NCBI GenBank assembly: GCA_043745805.1
Contig: JAYTSD010000031.1
Coordinates: forward strand, 64,001 to 128,000
Origin: Fibrobacteria bacterium
Lineage (GTDB): Bacteria; Fibrobacterota; Fibrobacteria; UBA11236
Reading direction: 5' to 3'
Length of the DNA stretch: 64,000 bases
This document shows, in pieces, positions 20,374 to 28,034 of the stretch (the first letter of the stretch is position 1; every line of letters starts with the position of its first letter). Below the pieces are notes generated by a model, which worked only from the letters and a program-made list of their open reading frames with translations, did not search any database and had not been told where the DNA came from. The translations under genes were made by a program, and so were the position numbers.

Positions 20374-20493
20374 GGCACTGCCATTTATAAAATGGGTAGG
20401 TGGTAAAACACGGATGTTACCCGATCAGGTTCGGTTAATTCATCGACCGATAAGCGTGGGCGCGTCGGCGAAATCATAGTCACAAATTATTAG
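20357..20493 (+). pseudogene. Internally deleted Dam-family (D12 class) DNA adenine methyltransferase
   Basis: RBS ggagg, GTG start, N-terminal PFIKWVGGK; in another frame the Dam-like C-terminus SVNSSTDKRGRVGEIIVTNY-stop follows at once; the catalytic middle is absent. Confidence 0.8.
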
Positions 20494-20503
20494 GACTAAA
20501 AAA

Positions 20504-20926
20504 ATGCCTATAAGTAAAGAAATGAAAAAACTTTATCCACCTAATTGGAAAGAAATAGTTTCCGAGGTGCGTGAACGTGACGGTAACAAATGTGTGTTTT
20601 GTGGATTGGCAAATGGACTATGGGGATTAAGAGATTTAACGGGAAAATTTTGGGAGTACGAAGAATTTTGTAACGGAGATGTGCCGGATGATATTGAATT
20701 TGAAAAAGAAGGAGATGAGTTAAATACAGCTTTTAAAATCGTGCTTACAACAATGTATTTAGATCATGATCCGACAAATAACGGTGCCCCAAGTAACAGG
20801 CCGAACTTAAAAAGCGCATGCCAAAAATGCCATTTAGATTATGACAGGCCAATACATTTAGAACATGCGCGCATTACACGAGAAAAGAAAAAAGGCCAAA
20901 CAAATTTATTAGAAAGCGGTGTTTAG
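20504..20926 (+). CDS. HNH-like zinc-binding nuclease-family protein
   Basis: YPPNWKEI...RDGNKCVFCG...VLTTMYLDHDP.NN...NLKSACQKCH. Confidence 0.75.
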   Translation: MPISKEMKKLYPPNWKEIVSEVRERDGNKCVFCGLANGLWGLRDLTGKFWEYEEFCNGDVPDDIEFEKEGDELNTAFKIVLTTMYLDHDPTNNGAPSNRPNLKSACQKCHLDYDRPIHLEHARITREKKKGQTNLLESGV

Positions 20927-20997
20927 ATGGCGAGTCAATTGATATGGGAAACACTAAAGGAATGGTTTAAGGGACTGTTTCGGAGCAGGGTGGATAA

Positions 20998-21234
20998 TTG
21001 AATAAAATAAAGGTAGGGGATTGGGCTTACTGTGAAGAGGATGACGTCTTCTTCAAGGTTTGGGGTTTGGCAATAGGTTACTTCAAAGATAAAAATGGAA
21101 AGATTCACTTTAAAAATAAATGCGTCCCAGCTGTTCCGAAGTTTTCAAAAGGAATGAATTTTCAGGTAACATTTTCGTTATCGTCAAAATTAGATGGATT
21201 AAAATTTTTTAAAGAGATGGCACAAAATGGATAA
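20998..21234 (+). CDS. Phage hypothetical protein
   Basis: 78-aa ORF in a tightly packed run. Confidence 0.5.
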   Translation: MNKIKVGDWAYCEEDDVFFKVWGLAIGYFKDKNGKIHFKNKCVPAVPKFSKGMNFQVTFSLSSKLDGLKFFKEMAQNG

Positions 21235-21403
21235 AGAATTAACTCTCGAATCTCGCCTAACCTTCGGTAAATACCAAGGAACAAAACTAATCGCGATCAT
21301 AATGAATGATCCAAGTTACGTCACTTGGCTGTTAGAAAACACAAATACCCAACTAGATAATATTGCATTCGATAAGTACCAGAAAATTATAGGAGATAAG
21401 TAA
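21227..21403 (+). CDS. Small protein with FGKY.G...DP.Y..W motif (ExoX C-terminal/DUF3820-like); not in ORF track
   Basis: Own translation: MDKELTLESRLTFGKYQGTKLIAIIMNDPSYVTWLLENT..., 58 aa. Confidence 0.7.
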   Translation: MDKELTLESRLTFGKYQGTKLIAIIMNDPSYVTWLLENTNTQLDNIAFDKYQKIIGDK

Positions 21404-21404
21404 A

Positions 21405-21818
21405 ATGCAAATCACAGTAATACGCACGCGTTACACAGAAAAAAGCACAAGTGGGATTATGCTTGTGAATGATATTTATTTTGGCTTCACTCTTGAAGAC
21501 AGGTTAAGAAACGGCCCAAAGATTCCGAATGAAACTTGCATTGCGGCTGGTGAATACGATTTAATTGTCTCACATTCGACGCGATTCAACAGGGATTTGC
21601 CAGAAATTTTAAAAGTCGCAAACTTTACAGGTGTCCGCATTCATGGCGGTAATACCGACAAAGACACCGAAGGTTGCATTCTCGTGGCCGCAAATAGAAT
21701 CAACGATGATTTGATTCAGGGAAGTAAATCCGAGGCGCTTGTGACACTGCTTAAGGATAAAAACGAGCCTCACAAAATCTGTATTGTAAACGCGTGGCTG
21801 AGTAACATGAAAGGTTAA
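21405..21818 (+). CDS. DUF5675-like protein, candidate endolysin
   Basis: ST.G.......FGFTLED, TCIAAGEY, S.RF, V..F.GVRIHGGN...DTEGCILV. Confidence 0.75.
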   Translation: MQITVIRTRYTEKSTSGIMLVNDIYFGFTLEDRLRNGPKIPNETCIAAGEYDLIVSHSTRFNRDLPEILKVANFTGVRIHGGNTDKDTEGCILVAANRINDDLIQGSKSEALVTLLKDKNEPHKICIVNAWLSNMKG

Positions 21819-21821
21819 GAA

Positions 21822-22067
21822 ATGATAAACAAAAATTGGAAATTAAAAGATTTAAGAATCGATCTCCGAACTTATGGACCAGACGAGGGTAAATATTTAG
21901 GAAGAATCGTTTTTACTAATGGAGAAACCGAAGAATTTACCTTTGGTCTCAAACCTGAACAAACCCAAGCCTACATCGATTTAATCGCCAAGGAATTAGT
22001 TGTATCTCTTGGCTTACTTCCGAAGCAAAATATTTTAATAGAAACGAAAAGCGATGATCCTTTCTAA
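21822..22067 (+). CDS. Phage hypothetical protein
   Basis: 81-aa ORF with RBS, overlapping the next gene. Confidence 0.55.
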   Translation: MINKNWKLKDLRIDLRTYGPDEGKYLGRIVFTNGETEEFTFGLKPEQTQAYIDLIAKELVVSLGLLPKQNILIETKSDDPF

Positions 22068-22698
22068 ACCAATCAACGATCCCCTTGCAGTCCGATCCCT
22101 GCGCCTTGTCGAAAGAAAGCTTGAGGGAATTTATTCTGAAGAATCGCGATTCATTATTAAGAGCGTAAAGAAACTTGCCGACAAGGCCCAAGTATCAGCC
22201 CAAATAAACAACCGCAAGCGCATGGTTCGCAAAGCTTTGAAAGTTGAGGGTCTAATCCCTTTCGCAGATTGGTACAAGGAAGCGGATCGGGTATTTGCGC
22301 TATACATTCGCTGGCGTGATACCGGCAAGCCATTGCCATTTGATAGCGGTTACGGCCAGTGCATAACTTGCGATAAATACTTACCATATCACCAATTGGA
22401 AAACGGCCACTTCATCCGCCGCCGCCATTGGGGGACTCGTTACGACGAAAAGAATTGTCACGCCCAATGTGCCCATTGCAATAACCAGCTTGGCGGCAAT
22501 GAAATTATTTACAAGGAAAAGGTGATAGCCAAGTACGGCCAAAGCGCTTGCGACATTCTCTACTATGCGAAGAAATTCAAATCTAAGAAGCCAACGGATT
22601 ACTTTTTCCAAATCATAATTTTCAAGTACCAGCCTTATCTCCCAATTGATTTAAAGTCACACCAAAAATTTTTCGAAAGAATAGGTAATAAGTGCTAA
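22054..22698 (+). CDS. NinG/Rap-family recombination endonuclease
   Basis: FALYIRWRD, CITC, NGHFI.R....TRYDEKNCHAQC.HCN. Confidence 0.85.
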   Translation: MILSKPINDPLAVRSLRLVERKLEGIYSEESRFIIKSVKKLADKAQVSAQINNRKRMVRKALKVEGLIPFADWYKEADRVFALYIRWRDTGKPLPFDSGYGQCITCDKYLPYHQLENGHFIRRRHWGTRYDEKNCHAQCAHCNNQLGGNEIIYKEKVIAKYGQSACDILYYAKKFKSKKPTDYFFQIIIFKYQPYLPIDLKSHQKFFERIGNKC

Positions 22699-23510
22699 AC
22701 TTTTTTTCTACTCAAGAATTTATTAAAATGAATCTTGAATACAATTCAAATACCCCATTCCCTAACATTGTTATAGATAGGGTATTTGACCATTTTTTTC
22801 TTTCCGATTTGAAAAATTCATTTCCTAAAGAAAATCACCACTCTTGGAAAAATTATACCCAATCAGATCAAGTTAAATTTTTTATAAACAGTGACGAGCA
22901 TCTTCCAGAGGATTTTCGCAACCTATTATTCATGTTCAACTCTTCCACGATGATAAATTTTCTTGAGAAGGTGACCGGCATAAAAGGTCTTATTCCAGAT
23001 CCTCACTTTGATGCGGCTGGCCCACATCTTATAAAAAACGGAGGCCACTTAAACCTTCATACCGATTATAATTTCAATAAAAAACTTAACCTCGATAGAA
23101 GATTAAACGCCATCCTCTATTTAAATGACGATTACCAAGAGGATTTTAACGGTCACTTAGAGCTATGGGATTATAAAAACGAATACGGAATAATAAAACC
23201 AAAATCATTGGTGAAAAAAATATCCCCAATTTATGGACGATTGGTAATATTCAACACAACGGATTTTACATTTCACGGCCATCCCGATCCATTCCAAGGT
23301 AAATATCGAAAATCAATCGCTATGTATTATTTCACCAATGGAAGGCCAAAGGGTGAAACATGGGTACCAAGAGGCGGCCAACATACGTTATTCGAGCCAA
23401 GACCAAACTCAAAAGATGAAAGATCCAATAAGATTATAAAGTGGATTCTGAGGCATCCATTTATTTATAAACTAATAAGGAGTTTTAAAAAAAGAGATGA
23501 ACGAAATTGA
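22692..23510 (+). CDS. 2OG-Fe(II) oxygenase (prolyl-hydroxylase-like)
   Basis: PFP..VID, GG.LNLHTD (HxD), RRLN.ILYLN, G.LELW, FHGHP, RKSIA.YY. Confidence 0.88.
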   Translation: MLNFFSTQEFIKMNLEYNSNTPFPNIVIDRVFDHFFLSDLKNSFPKENHHSWKNYTQSDQVKFFINSDEHLPEDFRNLLFMFNSSTMINFLEKVTGIKGLIPDPHFDAAGPHLIKNGGHLNLHTDYNFNKKLNLDRRLNAILYLNDDYQEDFNGHLELWDYKNEYGIIKPKSLVKKISPIYGRLVIFNTTDFTFHGHPDPFQGKYRKSIAMYYFTNGRPKGETWVPRGGQHTLFEPRPNSKDERSNKIIKWILRHPFIYKLIRSFKKRDERN

Positions 23511-23667
23511 CGTTATAGAAATACCCGAACATCAATTGAACTGTGATCACGATTTTAAATGGAAGTCGGCTTTTGATCCGATGGTTTGCATTAAGTGTGA
23601 TTTGCGATTAGATCAGCATACGGCAAATATTTTAAAATATGGGGAAAGAGCTTTTAAACGTGAATAA
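23497..23667 (+). CDS. Small Cys/His protein (C.H...C..C); not in ORF track
   Basis: Own translation MNEIDVIEIPEHQLNCDHDFKW...CIKC..., 56 aa, ending at the terminator. Confidence 0.55.
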   Translation: MNEIDVIEIPEHQLNCDHDFKWKSAFDPMVCIKCDLRLDQHTANILKYGERAFKRE

Positions 23668-23695
23668 AATTTCCCGTCGATAAAACGGGAAATTT
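23667..23695. terminator. Bidirectional terminator between the convergent early and structural gene runs
   Basis: aaatttcccgt-cgataaa-acgggaaattt, perfect 11-bp stem. Confidence 0.8.
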
Positions 23696-23702
23696 AGATT
23701 GA

Positions 23703-23861
23703 TCACTCTCCTTTCTTTCTTTCGTCGGATTGTGCGTGCCCTAAAGCACCTGTTATAATTCCGGCACCAATTGGTATCAATGCACCAGAAGCGGGCGTAA
23801 AAGCCCCGCCAATGGCCACAGCGGAACCGATAAGCATTGCGGCTATATGTTTCCAAGTCAT
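23703..23861 (-). CDS. Small two-TM membrane protein, candidate holin; not in ORF track
   Basis: Own translation MTWKHIAAMLIGSAVAIGGAFTPASGALIPIGAGIITGALGHAQSDERKKGE, 52 aa; strong RBS; last gene of the structural run. Confidence 0.55.
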   Translation of the reverse strand: MTWKHIAAMLIGSAVAIGGAFTPASGALIPIGAGIITGALGHAQSDERKKGE

Positions 23862-23900
23862 AATTTCCCTTTCTCCCGTTTTTATAGTGTACAGGTCACT

Positions 23901-24287
23901 TTATTGAATAACTCTTTTTCGGGTAACATTTATGCTACTGGCTGTTGTTCCTGTGGATTTAATCCCTTTAAATAATGGAGCGTCGTGCCATCCTCCTGCT
24001 GCAACGGATGGCATTAACCATGTGGTACCATTATCCAAAAGTAAAACAACATCACCCGAAACACCGACCATTATTTTATCTGGCATAGAAAGATCCGCTA
24101 ATAAAGCATTGATGTCATTCGCATCGGATTTTGTTACCAGTTTCGGAACAAGTAATTTTACCATTTCATCTTCCTCAAAATAATTAAAGAAAAAACTAAA
24201 TATCGCGGTGATAACGGAGTCCAAGCCGTTTTTGGGAAAGAATCTCGGAGCATAATACCGCGTTGGGAAATATCGGTTACAAAACAT
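23901..24287 (-). CDS. Phage hypothetical protein, possibly virion-associated
   Basis: Aromatic N-terminal repeat (RYFPTRYYAPRFFP) then a small beta domain; possible internal start at MVKLLV. Confidence 0.55.
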   Translation of the reverse strand: MFCNRYFPTRYYAPRFFPKNGLDSVITAIFSFFFNYFEEDEMVKLLVPKLVTKSDANDINALLADLSMPDKIMVGVSGDVVLLLDNGTTWLMPSVAAGGWHDAPLFKGIKSTGTTASSINVTRKRVIQ

Positions 24288-24290
24288 TGG

Positions 24291-25487
24291 CTAAGTCTCA
24301 TCTAGGGTTATGGCCGATCTGTTACCATTTGAATCAACGGTGGCTGTAATACGTGTTTTTGTGTTATCAATATCTTTTATGACAACTGTTGTAGTTGCTG
24401 CGCCAGATAATACACTTGCTAATGCGGATGCAAATAATCGCATATAACCAACGGCTGTATGGGCACCCTCGATTACATAAGCCCAAATAGCGGTTATTCC
24501 AGAGGCAGAAAGAGCATATCCAGTTTTATCATTATTCGTCGTTAAATTTGTGGCCGTGGTTACAAGCGGGATTGTGATATTTGTTAAAGTAGTTGCGCCC
24601 GTAGCGTTTTTAACATTATTGAAGTCTAAACCACCTTCACCTGTAGCCGAGACATCGAAAGTGTTAGCTGGGGTAGTGGATCGGACTAATTTAGCATTAC
24701 CGAAACTAGCATCATTCACAATTGTATAAGAATCACCCGTTTGAGTCGTTCCTATGACCCAATCAGCCAATTTTTTACCAATGCTTCCAGCGGTTGTCAG
24801 GTTTGCCGTCAACGCATCCCAAATAGCTTGTATCGCGGCGGCACTCAAGCCGTGGCCGGTTTTATCCGCAACGGTTACAGCATTAACCCCTAATTGCGCG
24901 AGAGAGGTGTTAACAACGGCGTTCGCAATATTTTTTATATTAACATCCAATATGCCGGCTGTTGCAGGTGTCGAAATTGCCGTTCCCAGTATTTTGCTTA
25001 TATCCCTACGTCCACTCGCATCAATCGAATCCAAATTCCAATTTGTGGGTGGAGCAATACCATTAACTCCGGTCATAAATGTAGCCGCCGATTGCACGTC
25101 CACGCGCGTCAATTCGATCTCGTAATCTTGGGTGAGCAAATTTGTTACACCGGATACGGTTACCACCAAAACCTTTGAGCTTGCCACGGAAAAACGCGCG
25201 TCTGCAAACTGAAATTCGTAGAGGCCCGGGTGGTTTGTACTATCCACTTCTTTAAAGCGGCACTTGGTGGCCGTAGGAGCGGCAAATGTTCCGAGCGTAG
25301 TAATGGTTTCAATAGTTGAACCTGCGGCCGCGTACACCGTAGGCGTCACCTCATTATCAGCAATTGTTGAAATAATTAAGCCAGTACTGTTAAAAGCTCC
25401 ACCCGTAACCCCTTGGCCGGTCGTGGAGTTCTTCAGCGCAAATCTGATGACGTTGCTTGTATTCGCAAATTTTATCAACTTTGACAT
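24291..25487 (-). CDS. Thr/Ala-rich putative fibre or structural protein
   Basis: Beta-rich N-terminus, repeated DKTG(H/Y).LSA..I.AIW motif, position in the tail module. Confidence 0.6.
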   Translation of the reverse strand: MSKLIKFANTSNVIRFALKNSTTGQGVTGGAFNSTGLIISTIADNEVTPTVYAAAGSTIETITTLGTFAAPTATKCRFKEVDSTNHPGLYEFQFADARFSVASSKVLVVTVSGVTNLLTQDYEIELTRVDVQSAATFMTGVNGIAPPTNWNLDSIDASGRRDISKILGTAISTPATAGILDVNIKNIANAVVNTSLAQLGVNAVTVADKTGHGLSAAAIQAIWDALTANLTTAGSIGKKLADWVIGTTQTGDSYTIVNDASFGNAKLVRSTTPANTFDVSATGEGGLDFNNVKNATGATTLTNITIPLVTTATNLTTNNDKTGYALSASGITAIWAYVIEGAHTAVGYMRLFASALASVLSGAATTTVVIKDIDNTKTRITATVDSNGNRSAITLDET

Positions 25488-26593
25488 TAGTTACACATCC
25501 CCCCGCGCATGTTACCCAATGCAAAAGCACCAGATGGCGCTGTTATATCACCAAAAATTATTTCTAAAGGCACGCGTCTTGTTGCATCATCGGTCCACGC
25601 ACCAGCATCGGTGCGAGTGGACAGTGTGCAAAGTTCCATACCATCGAGAGCCAACTCTTCGCTCGACGAATTAAAATCCATTGTTAATACGGCCCAGTTG
25701 GACACCGTATTCTGTGCCTGAAACCCGATCCGGAAATCCCCGCCAGCACTTAAAATAGATAGCGTGGCTTCGGTGAAAAAAATCTCAAAACTTCTGTGCA
25801 GCGAGCTTACTTGTGTATTTAGGTCAGAGGGCAGGGTAATCGTTTGTAAAACAGTGGTTCCGGTATAAAGCTGAACTTTGATGGTTTTACCAGAGGCAGC
25901 AGTTCTGCCAAACCACCTAACCCCACGAATCGTATTCGAATTCCACCACGTAGCAGGGAAATTAAATTTCGCGGCATACTCATCAGGGGTTGAGTCCGAG
26001 CTATACTGAGTCTGAGTAGTAGATTTTAAAGGGAATCCGTAAACTTGACCGGCACTAGCATAACCGTAAACCGGAGAATTTTCAATTTTTGTTCTTACAC
26101 CTGCATTGTTTTGGATAACATACGGAATGGTAACGCGTTGATTTAGTTGAGATATATCCGTTGCAAAAGTTGAAGAGTTTCCGGCAGCAATCGTTCCCGA
26201 GCTATAATCAATTACAATTGATAATAGCTCTCCACGAGTACAGGTATACGCATTGGCAAGGGTTATCCATTGCCAAGTCCCATCCCACGATGTATCGGCG
26301 GGCGGCGTAAAGGTTTGTGATGCTGGTGTACCACCACCCTTTACAGTTCCATCCGAAAACCCATTTCCTACGCCGACATCTACCCCTTGAAAACTGATTC
26401 TGTATGTTGGAGGCGTTCCGGCTCGGACGCCATACGTAAAACCGAGTTTTGTAATTGTGGCGGCCTCTTTGGCTTGGATTATCCATTCAATTTTATCGGT
26501 CGTGGCATCTAAAATAAAAGTGCTAAGAGCGGCGTTATTTGTAACCGACGCAGGAAATCCGAGATTAAGTCTGAGCGACTTTGCATCAGACAT
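25487..26593 (-). CDS. Beta-rich putative receptor-binding or structural protein
   Basis: Thr/Ser/Gly-rich, two apparent beta-sandwich halves; coupled to neighbouring genes. Confidence 0.55.
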   Translation of the reverse strand: MSDAKSLRLNLGFPASVTNNAALSTFILDATTDKIEWIIQAKEAATITKLGFTYGVRAGTPPTYRISFQGVDVGVGNGFSDGTVKGGGTPASQTFTPPADTSWDGTWQWITLANAYTCTRGELLSIVIDYSSGTIAAGNSSTFATDISQLNQRVTIPYVIQNNAGVRTKIENSPVYGYASAGQVYGFPLKSTTQTQYSSDSTPDEYAAKFNFPATWWNSNTIRGVRWFGRTAASGKTIKVQLYTGTTVLQTITLPSDLNTQVSSLHRSFEIFFTEATLSILSAGGDFRIGFQAQNTVSNWAVLTMDFNSSSEELALDGMELCTLSTRTDAGAWTDDATRRVPLEIIFGDITAPSGAFALGNMRGGMCN

Positions 26594-26879
26594 TTTTCAA
26601 CCCATCCAACAGTGGCGCTTCAAGAGCCGCCGCTTTAATAGAATTTTGAAATACATCGATCTGCTTCACTTCGTCTTTGGCAAATGTTTTTAATGTCGCG
26701 TCTAAGTTGAACGCATTGGCTAAAAGGATTTTTTTGGCTAATTCTTGATCTTCGTCTAAGCTTTTTTTAATGTCGGAAATTTCCGACAGCGTCAGGATCA
26801 TACCCTGTTTATTGCTAAACAGAACATGGTATAAATCACCCTTCATCGGTTGAATATCACTAATAGCCAAGGAAAACAT
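26586..26879 (-). CDS. Phage hypothetical protein
   Basis: 97-aa ORF overlapping both neighbours. Confidence 0.6.
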   Translation of the reverse strand: MFSLAISDIQPMKGDLYHVLFSNKQGMILTLSEISDIKKSLDEDQELAKKILLANAFNLDATLKTFAKDEVKQIDVFQNSIKAAALEAPLLDGLKNV

Positions 26880-27190
26880 TATTTTTTTTCCTTGATTAAA
26901 TATTTTTTTACATCCTCAAATATTACCTTATGGTAACCATCTATCTCTAAATGATAGCGCCAATGGCTGTGTATTAAATGCCAATCAAAACGCATTCCAT
27001 CGAGTTCTTTTTTTGCCTTTGTTGGGCTAATGTCCGTAATGTATAAGCATCCGGATTTTAATTTTTCTATCTCGAAAGTAGGTTTGTATTTTGTCCCACC
27101 TTCTTCGATTTTCCCGAAACCATAATCGAGAAAAACCTCTACAAAAGCACCGCTAGGCCGGCCATTTATCAACCTTCTTAGGATATTCAA
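26879..27190 (-). CDS. Phage hypothetical protein
   Basis: 103-aa ORF overlapping both neighbours. Confidence 0.55.
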   Translation of the reverse strand: MNILRRLINGRPSGAFVEVFLDYGFGKIEEGGTKYKPTFEIEKLKSGCLYITDISPTKAKKELDGMRFDWHLIHSHWRYHLEIDGYHKVIFEDVKKYLIKEKK

Positions 27191-27696
27191 TTTATACCAC
27201 CAGGGTTATAAATCGTCCGCATTTGGAGGCTTCTAATAAAAGCTGTATCGCCTGCATTGGTTCCCGCTGCTGATTTAATAATCAGCCTCAAAGAGTCGCA
27301 ATTCATGGCCCGCCCTTGATAGATTCCTGGCAAGGTGTCCCTTAAGGTAGTAGCAGATTTAGTAATCAAAAAATCAGTAGTCCTTTGATACTGACCCGTA
27401 TCAGCCCATGCGTTTATTCGCTTGTCATAGCACAAAAACCTTACAGAGAATTGGCCGGAATCATCGCCATTACTACCATGGGTCCAAGACATAATAAACT
27501 CACTGTTACCCTGTCCAAAAGGGAAGGCTTTAGAGGTGTCAGCCGTACCGACGGATTTATAAGTGGGCACAGCGTAACCCGTAGTGTCAACATATATTGT
27601 AGCGCCTTTAAGCCCCCACTTAAGCTTGCCGTAACTATTCCTTATCTGTGCTTGGCCGCATACTGCCAGCGTTAAGATTAAAATTAAAAATTTCAT
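27187..27696 (-). CDS. Signal-peptide-bearing phage protein, beta-rich
   Basis: MKFLILILTLAVCGQA|Q signal peptide; seven D-S/T dipeptides. Confidence 0.7.
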   Translation of the reverse strand: MKFLILILTLAVCGQAQIRNSYGKLKWGLKGATIYVDTTGYAVPTYKSVGTADTSKAFPFGQGNSEFIMSWTHGSNGDDSGQFSVRFLCYDKRINAWADTGQYQRTTDFLITKSATTLRDTLPGIYQGRAMNCDSLRLIIKSAAGTNAGDTAFIRSLQMRTIYNPGGIN

Positions 27697-28034
27697 TGTT
27701 TGTCTTCTCCTAATTGATGTTTTATGTCAGCCATTCCGAACATTCGATCTCGAATAAGCTTTTTTTTGTGCAATCTCTTGGCGACTTCTTCGGCACCATA
27801 AAACTCCACGATTACTAATTTTATAGTGTCTAGCTCTGCTTGGGTTTTTGTATGATAACCCAATACAACACTATCCACATGATGGGTGATTATAGAATCG
27901 TGCGCAGCCATGCTTTTTTCCATGGATTTTTTAGCAAGCCAGCCTGTTATATCTTGGCTAAAGGTGAGTAGACTTGCGCCACTTATACCTAAGGCAGAGA
28001 GAATCATAATTATGGCTTTTAAATCGAGTTTCAT
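27693..28034 (-). CDS. N-terminally membrane-anchored helical protein (spanin-like or holin-associated?)
   Basis: Hydrophobic N-terminal segment then helical region; DSI/DSV/DTI motifs. Confidence 0.55.
   Translation of the reverse strand: MKLDLKAIIMILSALGISGASLLTFSQDITGWLAKKSMEKSMAAHDSIITHHVDSVVLGYHTKTQAELDTIKLVIVEFYGAEEVAKRLHKKKLIRDRMFGMADIKHQLGEDKQ

Noticed and set aside
23632-23856. 74-aa minus-strand ORF from the track
   Set aside because: Runs through the terminator; the overlapping frame 23703-23861 has an ATG, an RBS and a coherent membrane protein
25950-25992. Second hammerhead on the minus strand (cccCTGATGAgtatgccgcGAAA)
   Set aside because: Stems I and III do not pair, stem II is only 2 bp, and it lies inside a coding region
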